From: a phage
Direction: 5' to 3' (one strand)
Sequence record: PZ445529.1
DNA length: 43,663 bases
The translations under genes were made by a program, and so were the position numbers. Numbering within the stretch: position 1 is the stretch's first letter; every line of letters starts with the position of its first letter. This document shows positions 33,446-42,165 of the stretch, piece after piece. The notes below the pieces were generated by a model that was given only the letters and a program-made list of their open reading frames with translations, was not told where the DNA came from and did no database searches.

Positions 33446-34210
33446 ATGAGACTGACGAAAGACATTAAAAACCAGATTCTGGCTAACATCCTGCGCGACC
33501 ACGAAATCGCAACCGAAGCCAAACAAATCATGATGGACTCTCGCGATCTGGCGTACGCAATCACGCTGGACTGTATGCCGGACGGCATTCGCACATTCGC
33601 AGCGCTCCGCGAGCATATCAAGGAAATCCGCGACGACCAGTCGCAGATGTACGGCGTCAGCGTATACACCAACAAGGCGACGTATAGTTATAACTCCGAC
33701 CGCCCGAAGGGTATCGGCAGCGTCTATAACGCCACCTTTGAAATCAACGCAGGCGGCAATGTTCGCACCTTGTCATTGAGCGGTGACGGTCGCCAATACC
33801 GCGTACATCGCGGATACTGGGAAGAGAAATATATGAATAAGCTTGCGCCTGATCTCGGCGATATCGTTCCGGGGTTCGAGACAGTTATGCTCGCGTCGGT
33901 GTGTGAAGTGGACGAGGACGGGAATGCGCTGCCGATATATCTCCCTCGCGGTCGCGTAGATTACCCGGCAGACCATGACTTCTGTAAACGCTTGGACCGC
34001 AACGACAAGGCCCGTAGCGAGTTGCGCGCGAAGTATGATGCGTTCAAACTAACCGTTACCGGTGTTCTGGACCTGCACAATACTGACAAGAAGCTGATTA
34101 AGGCATGGCCTGAAGTTGAGCAATTCATCCCTTACCCGGACAAGCCGAAGTCCACGGCGGTGGCGCTGGATGTGAAAACTCTCAACGAGATTTGCGGTAT
34201 TCCGCGCTAA
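33446..34210 (+). CDS. hypothetical protein (254 aa) on a moron transcribed antisense to the structural operon
   Basis: ATG 33446 with RBS GAGGA 7 nt upstream; no signal peptide or TM segment seen; own promoter and terminator; no motif I recognise. Confidence 0.65.
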   Translation: MRLTKDIKNQILANILRDHEIATEAKQIMMDSRDLAYAITLDCMPDGIRTFAALREHIKEIRDDQSQMYGVSVYTNKATYSYNSDRPKGIGSVYNATFEINAGGNVRTLSLSGDGRQYRVHRGYWEEKYMNKLAPDLGDIVPGFETVMLASVCEVDEDGNALPIYLPRGRVDYPADHDFCKRLDRNDKARSELRAKYDAFKLTVTGVLDLHNTDKKLIKAWPEVEQFIPYPDKPKSTAVALDVKTLNEICGIPR

Positions 34211-34212
34211 CG

Positions 34213-34237
34213 AAAAAGGGGCCATTACGGCCCCTTA
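34213..34237. terminator. bidirectional terminator between the moron (+) and the Rz1-like gene (-)
   Basis: aggggcc-attac-ggcccct with A-run upstream and T-rich downstream. Confidence 0.65.
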
Positions 34238-34455
34238 ATTATTTGCTGCAACTCCAGGACCTGCGCCCTCAGCTTAGCACCGCACTCCATATTTTTAACA
34301 TCAACCAGCAAATCTTCGTCTGGATCTGCCGAGGCATTCTCAAAGGTGCAAGGTGGCCTATAGACCGACTCGGTTAGCGGCGTCGATGGCACGTTGCTTG
34401 ATCCGCACGCGCTCATCATCAAAACTGCAATCAGGACGGTTAGGACGCGTAACAT
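34225..34455 (-). CDS. o-spanin (Rz1-like outer-membrane lipoprotein) overlapping the Rz-like gene in another frame
   Basis: 76 aa; signal peptide with lipobox LIAVLMMSACGSS; Pro-rich; RBS AGAGG. Confidence 0.65.
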   Translation of the reverse strand: MLRVLTVLIAVLMMSACGSSNVPSTPLTESVYRPPCTFENASADPDEDLLVDVKNMECGAKLRAQVLELQQIIKGP

Positions 34456-34666
34456 ATTTTACAACCTCTTTCGTGATAGTCCGGTATTCCACATCGCGGG
34501 TCTGTTCTGCTTGCACCGCCCCCTCGACGACCTTAGTTTGCTGCCGTTGGGCTTTCGCTTGCGCTTCTTGCGCCGCTCTCGCCTCAACGCCTGCGCGGTA
34601 GGAATCCCCCTGCCAGAATCCAACCGCCAGGCCTATTACCAGCCCAATCGCTGCGTATTTAATCAC
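34358..34666 (-). CDS. i-spanin (Rz-like)
   Basis: 102 aa; N-terminal TM helix AAIGLVIGLAVGFW then charged coiled segment; GTG start with GGGGG RBS. Confidence 0.65.
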   Translation of the reverse strand: MIKYAAIGLVIGLAVGFWQGDSYRAGVEARAAQEAQAKAQRQQTKVVEGAVQAEQTRDVEYRTITKEVVKYVTRPNRPDCSFDDERVRIKQRAIDAANRVGL

Positions 34667-35762
34667 GCCATAACCCCCGGTTTTTAAGCTGTGCGATAGT
34701 CATCAGTTCGCCAGAATCGGTGAACATCTTCGGCACTCTCACGCCTCGCATAATCTGGTCTGCGCGCTGCACTCCATATAATTCCTCCAGAATATGGCGC
34801 GGCTGGCGCTGCACCCATGAGAAGAAATCAGTCTGCGCGTCGACCTGCTCACTCAGCAATCTGCCCGCTTCAGCCTTCAGTGCCGGACGCTTACCACTGG
34901 GCCAATCTTCCATGCCCTTAACTTTCCACGTCTCCGTCGAACGGCAGCAATAATGTAGCTTGCCCGGACCAGCGCCATATTGTGATCCAGCCACCACTTT
35001 CCCGCCGCGCTTTCCTTTGGTGTCGGGAGTGACGTCAACAGGATAAAACAGGCGATCGCGTAGCTGGCACATTGGGGAAGTATGAGTGTCCAATGTAGCC
35101 AACCATTGGCGACCTTCGAGAATATCGTCATTAGCTTTTACCATTAATTCGCGGGCGGTAGCCGCGTAGTGGTTGACCGCGGACTTAACAACGCTTGAGA
35201 TTGCTTGCGCACTACGACCGCCTAGCGCGCGCCTCACATCCGCAATAATTTCCATCGTTGGCTTGCCCTGGATGAATCCGGCGCGCACCTGATTACCGAT
35301 CTGCGTCCTGGTCCACTCGGAAAGTGAATCAGGCCACTGCATCATGGTGTTACCCTGGAACGGGTTTCTCATTGCAGTCGCTGCGATCTGCGCGCCAGTC
35401 ACTACACTCACCACCTCCACCGCGGGTATGGCGACCGCGGGCTGGATCGCTGCCGTTAGTGTGTCCGAGAGATAATCAGCCTCGGTGTCGGCGAACTCCT
35501 GAAGGCTCTCCGCCAGCACTTTAAACTCGGCGCGCAGTTCCGTTTTGACGGTCTTGTCGATTCGGGTTAACAGTGTGGTAAGTGCCTTGTTGCTCATGGA
35601 CTTTTTGCCATCAAGTAACTCGGTCAACTTACCCAGTAAAGCGGGCCGGAACTTCTCCCACATAGCCAGCACCCGTCGCGCCTGATCATTGCTCAGGCGC
35701 TGGGTGAAGATGTGACGGCGAATCATTCGATCCGCCATATATTGATTAATTGTCTTCGCCAT
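34659..35762 (-). CDS. head morphogenesis / minor head protein (Mu F / SPP1 gp7-like)
   Basis: 367 aa directly downstream of portal. Confidence 0.6.
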   Translation of the reverse strand: MAKTINQYMADRMIRRHIFTQRLSNDQARRVLAMWEKFRPALLGKLTELLDGKKSMSNKALTTLLTRIDKTVKTELRAEFKVLAESLQEFADTEADYLSDTLTAAIQPAVAIPAVEVVSVVTGAQIAATAMRNPFQGNTMMQWPDSLSEWTRTQIGNQVRAGFIQGKPTMEIIADVRRALGGRSAQAISSVVKSAVNHYAATARELMVKANDDILEGRQWLATLDTHTSPMCQLRDRLFYPVDVTPDTKGKRGGKVVAGSQYGAGPGKLHYCCRSTETWKVKGMEDWPSGKRPALKAEAGRLLSEQVDAQTDFFSWVQRQPRHILEELYGVQRADQIMRGVRVPKMFTDSGELMTIAQLKNRGLWRD

Positions 35763-37266
35763 TGTCCGCTACCTTGTCCGGGTCTTCTTCGGTGGATTCT
35801 ACCGCATCAGGGGACATTTGAGGCAATGGATTCTGATTTCGCAGTTCGTCTTCCACCTGCTCGACGGTTTGCGAGTCATCAATGACGCCCTGGGCCATCA
35901 TCCACTTGATAAAGTCCGCCAGCCGGACCGTACCGGTCTGCACACCCGCCATCATTGCGGTCATAAGCTGTGCGTCAACCGTGATTTCGGTGTAGAACTT
36001 ATTCAGCGTTACGCGTTGATCTGCGGTGTCGCCCGTGAACAGCTTGACGATTTGCAGCGCACGGTTGAAAGCCTTCTCGACGTTACCGGCAATCAGTGAC
36101 AGGATACTGTTATCAGTCTGCGCATCGTAGGCCGCTTCGGTTGCCGTCTTAGGTGCGGTCCCCTTCTCGACCAGGGCCGCGCCAAGTTTAGCCATTTGCA
36201 GCTCTCGGCGTTCACACAGTGCGACCGATAGGTTTCGTTCTTCGGCCTGAAGCAGTTTGGCGTCCATGTTCTGACCCAGGATAACGCCCTTAGTCGCACC
36301 GAGCGCGATGCCGCCTTTCAGGTTTTTGTCCGCCCATGATTGAGTCAAGCCCGTCGCAACCAGGGTTGGTTGGCCCACTATGTGCGCAATCTCGGCGACG
36401 TCCGCTTCGGCGTTGTAGTGCTTAATGTTGATGGACGCAATATCAGCCAGCGGCGCGGCGTCCGGCGTTGCGTTGTTGTCCACCGCACCACACCAGCAAA
36501 ACGGGAGTTGTGTCAGCGCCTTACCGGCTGCATCCACCAGCGGCACAAGATCGGTACGGGTAAACCCCCGCGGCAAGTCCATTTGCACCTCGGACGTGTC
36601 CGCATTATAAAACCAGCGGCGGGCGTGTGCCGCACCGTTAATCATGCGAAGCTCGGTCCAGATTGTTACTTCGTGGTTTGCGAAGTCGTCCGGGTCTTCG
36701 GTGCTGATTTCGTCCGTTTCCTTCAGAACAATCAGCGTATCGACGCCGTGGGTCTGCCGCCAGTTGATGATCTGTTCTGCCGTATATAGGCGGATAAGCG
36801 GGCGGTGTGACGCCATCTCGGCGGCTGTCTGCGGCACTACGTTACCCAGTTCGTCAAAATGCGCCTGGCGGTCGTAGTCAACCATAAAGCCTGCGCGGCC
36901 AGATTGCAGAACTTCAGACATAGCACCGCGCAGGAGTTGCGGCAGCGGCATTCCGCTGCCGTCTACGTCGTCAATCAGGTCAGCCATCGCCCCGGAAAGG
37001 TCGAGACTTACCGGTTTAGCAAAGGCAACTCCTAACAGCGCGTTAAGTGTGCGGGCGGTGGCGTTCAGGAATACAGCGCGTTGCTTGTACGCCTTATACC
37101 GCGCCCGTGCTTTCGGGTCAGTATTGTCGCCACTGGCGGGATGAGGCAGGTACAAGGGGCCGCACGCCTTCACGGCGCGCTCCCCTGCCACACAATCGCG
37201 GATCATCTTCCACTCGGGCGCGATGCGCGCATAAAGTGGGTGCTGGTTGTCAACGTTAACGGTCAT
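35746..37266 (-). CDS. portal protein
   Basis: 506 aa directly downstream of terminase large subunit. Confidence 0.7.
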   Translation of the reverse strand: MTVNVDNQHPLYARIAPEWKMIRDCVAGERAVKACGPLYLPHPASGDNTDPKARARYKAYKQRAVFLNATARTLNALLGVAFAKPVSLDLSGAMADLIDDVDGSGMPLPQLLRGAMSEVLQSGRAGFMVDYDRQAHFDELGNVVPQTAAEMASHRPLIRLYTAEQIINWRQTHGVDTLIVLKETDEISTEDPDDFANHEVTIWTELRMINGAAHARRWFYNADTSEVQMDLPRGFTRTDLVPLVDAAGKALTQLPFCWCGAVDNNATPDAAPLADIASINIKHYNAEADVAEIAHIVGQPTLVATGLTQSWADKNLKGGIALGATKGVILGQNMDAKLLQAEERNLSVALCERRELQMAKLGAALVEKGTAPKTATEAAYDAQTDNSILSLIAGNVEKAFNRALQIVKLFTGDTADQRVTLNKFYTEITVDAQLMTAMMAGVQTGTVRLADFIKWMMAQGVIDDSQTVEQVEDELRNQNPLPQMSPDAVESTEEDPDKVADNGEDN

Positions 37267-37276
37267 GGTCGTTTCC

Positions 37277-38662
37277 TTAGTAGAAGTCTACAGTTGGAAC
37301 AACGGCGATAGGGCGAATCACCGGGAACAGGTGCGCGATTGGATAGCCTGCGGCATCGTTCATGTGGTCCACACCGGCGGTTTTATCCGGCTCGCCTTTC
37401 TTCAGGTCGTAAACCTGCTGTTCCAGACATTTCGCTAGTGTAGGGCATTTATCCAGGTTGACAAAATACTGGCGCACGCCCTTCGAGTTGCACATCATCG
37501 TATTCATCGCGATCAATCGGTCTTTCACAGGCGGGTTAACGCTGTCGTACTCCACCTCGAAGCCCGCGTCTTCCAGTTGTGCGATATCTGACGACGATGC
37601 GTTGACAGTCTTGCGGGACTTGCCGCTGCTATCCGGGTAAACGACAACCCGACCGGCAGCACAATGATCGGGGTAGCGCGCCTCGATCGCCTCAATCATA
37701 GCCGGGGTGTCAAACAGGTCCACAAATTCATCCACCGCGTGAATCTCGTCGCGGAACTCCTTGTTCTCGGTGACTCGCTGCCGTCTGACGTACACAACCG
37801 CCGCCATCTTCGTGACGTTAAAGTCCATACCGATAATCAGCGTGTCGTCCGGCTGCACTTCTTCGGTGCTGGCGTTCTCCTCGCGATTAAACATCTTGTA
37901 CACCGCGCCCGACGTAAGGTTAACAAACAGGCCGTTCAGGTACGCATCAATCAGGTTAGCTGGGTACTGACTGCGGAGCGTGTCGATAAAGTCCGCCGGT
38001 AAATGGGGGTTGTCCGTGGTCTTCGCCCGGATCAGGCGTTTCTGGTTGTCTTTCTCCACCTCGAAAATTTGGTACATCGCCCGGTAGCCTTCAGGCGTCG
38101 ATACGATGACGAACTGGCGGACGAAGCCAGCACGCAGACGACCGAGCAATTTGTGATACGCCGCCAGCGCGACGTCTTGTTTCGTGGTGTCGAACTCGTC
38201 GGCAACAATCCACGCGGCGTTGACCCCGATCAGGCGGGTATAGTTCTCCATTGATTCACAGATCACGCGGGTCCATTTGCCTTTTACCAGCACGTTGTAG
38301 ATCTTATCCTGCTTATTGAATTTCCACCGGAATCCAGCCTCGTCGAATGCCTTCTCCAGTTCCGGATACATGATTTTAACCAGGAGGGGAATCGTCGGTT
38401 CTGTAACGATGCCGTCATGACCGGGGTTCAGGGTTAAAAGCTGGATGACCTTACGCGCAGCGACCCACGACTTTCCACCGCCGAAGCCGGAACACAGGCC
38501 GAGGATTTTAGTCTTTGTGTCGCGCAGTAGTTCAACCTGGTGCGGCAAGCAATCAGGCTGGTAAAGGCGGACGGCCTGCGCAACGCGTGTCGGGCGTGGC
38601 GGTCGGTTGCGCTTTGCGATCGCGCGTTCCAGTGCGCGGTGTTCTGCCGCATAGTTACGCAT
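37277..38662 (-). CDS. terminase large subunit
   Basis: 461 aa; P-loop-like LGLCSGFGGGKS, acidic IVADEFD; start overlaps small-subunit stop (TAATG). Confidence 0.8.
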   Translation of the reverse strand: MRNYAAEHRALERAIAKRNRPPRPTRVAQAVRLYQPDCLPHQVELLRDTKTKILGLCSGFGGGKSWVAARKVIQLLTLNPGHDGIVTEPTIPLLVKIMYPELEKAFDEAGFRWKFNKQDKIYNVLVKGKWTRVICESMENYTRLIGVNAAWIVADEFDTTKQDVALAAYHKLLGRLRAGFVRQFVIVSTPEGYRAMYQIFEVEKDNQKRLIRAKTTDNPHLPADFIDTLRSQYPANLIDAYLNGLFVNLTSGAVYKMFNREENASTEEVQPDDTLIIGMDFNVTKMAAVVYVRRQRVTENKEFRDEIHAVDEFVDLFDTPAMIEAIEARYPDHCAAGRVVVYPDSSGKSRKTVNASSSDIAQLEDAGFEVEYDSVNPPVKDRLIAMNTMMCNSKGVRQYFVNLDKCPTLAKCLEQQVYDLKKGEPDKTAGVDHMNDAAGYPIAHLFPVIRPIAVVPTVDFY

Positions 38663-39234
38663 TATTCACCCTGGCCTTTGCCGGAAGGTTCCACTACGAC
38701 GTCGCCGTTATCATCTTCGTCGTCATCCAGCGGCACATCGTCGCGGACGCCGTGGTTTGCTTTAAGCAGGAATGTTGCGAAGCCCGCCGCGATGGTCACG
38801 CCGCCAGCTTCCATCAGGAAGGTTTTTTGTAACTCCATTGCGTCCGCCATCGCCTCAGCGAACTCCTCATGCGCACGCGCCCAGCGATACAGGCAAGCTA
38901 CGCCCACGCCGATTTCCGCGGCAAATCGACCGAAGGTTGGCATTTTGTTGCGGGGGATTACTTGCGCAGCGCCTTTAGCGGAGTAGTTGACCTGCCAGGC
39001 GTCGGCGTCGGCGAAATAGCGACGAAGCTGGTCGCAGTAAACGGATCGGTAGTCAGTAGGGCGTCCACATTTGCCGCCTTTACGACGCTTTCCGTACTCG
39101 ATCTCCGGTCCGAGATTAGTATGCTCGGTTTGCTCGCCTGGTTTACGGCGCGGGGTTACCGCCACTCGTCCGTCCAGTTTGGCGCGTCGGCCCTTAACTT
39201 TGATTTCTGCCATGATATAAGCCCTTTTGTTCAT
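38662..39234 (-). CDS. terminase small subunit
   Basis: HTH-like FGRFAAEIGVGVACLYRWARAHEEF; start uncertain (ATG 39234 or 39213; longer GTG-initiated ORF to 39312 seems unlikely). Confidence 0.6.
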   Translation of the reverse strand: MNKRAYIMAEIKVKGRRAKLDGRVAVTPRRKPGEQTEHTNLGPEIEYGKRRKGGKCGRPTDYRSVYCDQLRRYFADADAWQVNYSAKGAAQVIPRNKMPTFGRFAAEIGVGVACLYRWARAHEEFAEAMADAMELQKTFLMEAGGVTIAAGFATFLLKANHGVRDDVPLDDDEDDNGDVVVEPSGKGQGE

Positions 39235-39343
39235 ATGCGCCGACCATCGGCAACATAGGAGACGGCCCTGCCATCTAACGGGGATTATAACAGGCACAAA
39301 AAAGCCCACCAAATCGGCAGGCTGGGAGGGGTACGGGTTGCCG

Positions 39344-40486
39344 TTACTTCAACATTTCCGGGCTAATGGTTAAGCGCGCTACTTCGCCGTAATTGGCGCT
39401 GTAGGTGATGACGTTGGCACTGCGGCCGGACATCCAACCGCCGCGGCTTGCGTATGCGTCTTTCGCTGCGAGTGTCCGGTGCTGTTCAACAATCATGTTG
39501 CGGGATTCTACAATCTTCTGGTGGTGCAAGTGGCCTACGTGCGCGTAGCTGTACTCACTGGACCCGAAAGCCTGTCTGAATTTAGAAATCATAACCTGCT
39601 CGATCGCATCGAATCGCGCTTTGTGCCCGTGGTGGAAGAATAGCGTGGTCTTGCCGTGCTGCACCATTTTGTAGACGTCAGGGGACGTATCCACATCGAC
39701 GCGCGGCTCGTTCTCGTACAGAGTATTGAACATCTCAGCCAGCCAAATCATACCCGACTCGTCATGATTCCCCTGGACGATTAGCAGTTTGACTTTGTGG
39801 TGTTTTTGCAGCGCCAGGTCTACCACGTTACGCACCATGCGAATCATGTAGCGGACCAACTTCTGGTATCGGGTATCTGCGTCCAGTATGTGACCACTGG
39901 CAGGAGTGACGGCATCGAGGCTATCAAAGTGCGCCATATCACCGAGGATATTAATCACGGCAGTGCCTGCGTCCGGTGCGCGTGCGAAGGCTTCGACAAA
40001 CCAGCGGTAAAACAGGTCTTCGGCGATCGCCATATCCCAGTCCTCGCCAGTCTCCTCGCCCCAGGCCAACATGCCCAGGTGGAAGTCGGACACGGTGTAC
40101 AGGTTGAGTAGGTCAAGTGCCTGGATCGGGACTGGTGGGGCGCTTACTGGTGCTGCCGGTGTGATCTCGCTGTTCATACCCTCGACAACGGCGCGCATTG
40201 CTTCAAGCTGGCGCTCCTTGTCCTGCTCAGTGATAACCCACGACATGACCTCTTCGCCATTGCCGCGTACCAGGGCGGATACGCGCTTAACACCAAAGCC
40301 ATCGGCAACGCGCTTACGGATTACATCATCGTTACCATGACCAATACCTTTCTTCGACAGGCGGGCTTTGCGCATGTAGACATTTCGGAGGGAAAGGCCG
40401 TACTTCTTAGAAATCTCTTTCGATGTAGCGCCGGATTGTAATTCAGCAATCAATTGCTCGTCGGTGATTTTAGTTTGCGGGTGCAT
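39344..40486 (-). CDS. HTH domain fused to calcineurin-like metallophosphoesterase
   Basis: 380 aa; N-terminal HTH-like GATSKEISKKYGLSLRNVY; metallophosphatase motifs DFHLG, GDMAHFD, GNHDE, HHGH, GHLHH. Confidence 0.7.
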   Translation of the reverse strand: MHPQTKITDEQLIAELQSGATSKEISKKYGLSLRNVYMRKARLSKKGIGHGNDDVIRKRVADGFGVKRVSALVRGNGEEVMSWVITEQDKERQLEAMRAVVEGMNSEITPAAPVSAPPVPIQALDLLNLYTVSDFHLGMLAWGEETGEDWDMAIAEDLFYRWFVEAFARAPDAGTAVINILGDMAHFDSLDAVTPASGHILDADTRYQKLVRYMIRMVRNVVDLALQKHHKVKLLIVQGNHDESGMIWLAEMFNTLYENEPRVDVDTSPDVYKMVQHGKTTLFFHHGHKARFDAIEQVMISKFRQAFGSSEYSYAHVGHLHHQKIVESRNMIVEQHRTLAAKDAYASRGGWMSGRSANVITYSANYGEVARLTISPEMLK

Positions 40487-40547
40487 ATTAATTCACTTCC
40501 AGATTATGGGACCGAGGACAATATACCACGGCCCATATTGTGGCGGG

Positions 40548-40628
40548 TTATAGCAATTCGCAAATAACCATACCGATAAACGCTGCGGCGGACCAGATTG
40601 CCAATACCCAAATATCATTACGTGCCAT
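40548..40628 (-). CDS. small hydrophobic peptide (26 aa) with strong RBS
   Basis: Hand-translated MARNDIWVLAIWSAAAFIGMVICELL; GAGGAG 8 nt upstream. Confidence 0.35.
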   Translation of the reverse strand: MARNDIWVLAIWSAAAFIGMVICELL

Positions 40629-40658
40629 AGTGTAATACTCCTCTTGTTGATTGGTCGC

Positions 40659-40688
40659 AGTATGGCGTCTATGTTGGTTGCAAGTCAA
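40659..40688 (-). promoter_or_regulatory. sigma70-like promoter (-35 TTGACT, 18-bp spacer, -10 CATACT) with TGCAACCAA motif at the -35
   Basis: Reverse complement of 40659-40688; sits just after the terminator that follows the Ig-like gene. Confidence 0.4.
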
Positions 40689-40690
40689 GC

Positions 40691-40718
40691 AATAAAAAGC
40701 CCGGAATTAACCGGGCTT
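40691..40718 (-). terminator. Rho-independent terminator after the Ig-like gene
   Basis: aagcccgg-ttaatt-ccgggctt followed by TTTTTATT on the minus strand. Confidence 0.7.
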
Positions 40719-40724
40719 GTGGTT

Positions 40725-41138
40725 TTATTCTTCTGCTCCCGTTACGGTGAAGATGGCGGACGCCATCGCCCCGCCTCCATCAGATGCCACCCAAAAGATG
40801 TGAGCGCTACCTGCCGTTTGGGGTGTGATTTTGCCGGTAGTCTGATCGATTTCCGCACAGGCAGGATTCGACGACACCCACTTCCCTGCCTTGTTAGTTG
40901 CGTCGGATGGCTGTACCGCAACCGAAGCGGCGGCCTTTGCACCAACTGCGGCGGATTTCGGTGTGATAGTTACGGTGGCACTTGTCACCGGCTTACTTTC
41001 CGGCGGGCTGGGTAACTTCGCGTCGAATACCCCCGCATGGCTGATCGTATCCGCTACAATAGCGCGTGCGCCTGGGTCTTCGGTTTTAGCCAGCGCGGCG
41101 AGCGCGTCGGCGTTATGATCAAGAATACTTTTTAACAT
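40725..41138 (-). CDS. bacterial Ig-like (Big_2-type) domain protein, 137 aa
   Basis: VTITPKSAAVGAKAAASVAVQPSDATNKAGKWVSSNP...TAGSAHIFWVASDGG resembles Big_2 domains; downstream of endolysin. Confidence 0.55.
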   Translation of the reverse strand: MLKSILDHNADALAALAKTEDPGARAIVADTISHAGVFDAKLPSPPESKPVTSATVTITPKSAAVGAKAAASVAVQPSDATNKAGKWVSSNPACAEIDQTTGKITPQTAGSAHIFWVASDGGGAMASAIFTVTGAEE

Positions 41139-41154
41139 ACTGTGTTACCCCGTA

Positions 41155-41646
41155 TTATGCTGCGTTACGTCCGATCTTCTCGGCAACGTCCCACTGCTTA
41201 CCATCGAATAGCGCCTGCCTGCCGATTGCTCGACGGACTAACCCCTTCAGCACTTCCCCACCTTGCTTGCGGAATTGTGGCAGTATAGCCCGCACCTTTG
41301 CCCAGTCGCCCCGGCGGATCGCATCGTCGAAATCACCGGCTACGTCGTCCGGCATGATCGGACCAGGACCGGCATTGATTACCAGGTCCACCAGCGCGTC
41401 GAATTGCGCCTGATTGATGCTCGGGTGTGCGTACTTGTTCACCCAGTTCTCGGCATATGCCACATCGCGCTTGAGTAGCTCCAGTGCTTCCGCACGGGTA
41501 ATGCTTCGTGGCGGAGTAGTGCCAGTGTGCCCATAACCCCAGGTGTACAGGCCGCGGGCCTGCTCTTTCTTGGTCGCGAAATACGGCACCGGGCTGAAAG
41601 CCTCCCATGCTGCCGTAAATCGTAGACCGTTATCACTGAATCGCAT
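41155..41646 (-). CDS. endolysin (T4-lysozyme-like muramidase)
   Basis: 163 aa; N-terminal EAFSPVPY and TWGYGHT motifs. Confidence 0.75.
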   Translation of the reverse strand: MRFSDNGLRFTAAWEAFSPVPYFATKKEQARGLYTWGYGHTGTTPPRSITRAEALELLKRDVAYAENWVNKYAHPSINQAQFDALVDLVINAGPGPIMPDDVAGDFDDAIRRGDWAKVRAILPQFRKQGGEVLKGLVRRAIGRQALFDGKQWDVAEKIGRNAA

Positions 41647-41878
41647 GTTTTACCCCATTCAAAACAGCATTACGCAGCGTGCGCAATGCAAACAGCCAGA
41701 TTAACGCGGTCCAGGTGGTATCTGATACGTCTCCCGTTTGCAACAGCCCGACAATACAGGTCATTGCTGTTAGCAGATATAACACCCGACCGAAGAAGCC
41801 ATCCTGAACGGACGGCGCATACACGTTAAACAGGGACGAAGCCCCTATGATAACAAACAACAGGACGGAGATAATCAT
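41633..41878 (-). CDS. second membrane protein of the lysis cassette (holin/antiholin-like)
   Basis: 81 aa MIISVLLFVIIGASSLF...; ATG overlaps holin stop (ATGA). Confidence 0.5.
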   Translation of the reverse strand: MIISVLLFVIIGASSLFNVYAPSVQDGFFGRVLYLLTAMTCIVGLLQTGDVSDTTWTALIWLFALRTLRNAVLNGVKHAIQ

Positions 41879-42165
41879 TTTGCGCCCCCCGGAAGGTGTA
41901 GCGTCGCAATTGTCTCCCGGATCCGGTCGGCGATTGGCATCCAGAAGATGGCAGTTACGAAGCCCAAACCGGCGACAGTGCGCTCGCCAGACAAACCAGA
42001 CCACTCGGCAATAGCTGGCGCACCAAATATGGCACACAGGAAGCCAACTACGACATATAAAACGAAGTTCAACGGCCCTTTCGTTGCCTCGCCGTGAATG
42101 CGTGCGCCCACGAAGCCACCAGCAAGACACGCAAGGGCGAATAACCACTCGTTTAGCTTATCCAT
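41875..42165 (-). CDS. holin (three predicted TM segments, charged C-terminus)
   Basis: 96 aa; hydrophobic segments WLFALACLAGGFVGA, FVLYVVVGFLCAIFGAPAIA, VAGLGFVTAIFWMPI; immediately upstream of endolysin. Confidence 0.6.
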   Translation of the reverse strand: MDKLNEWLFALACLAGGFVGARIHGEATKGPLNFVLYVVVGFLCAIFGAPAIAEWSGLSGERTVAGLGFVTAIFWMPIADRIRETIATLHLPGGAK

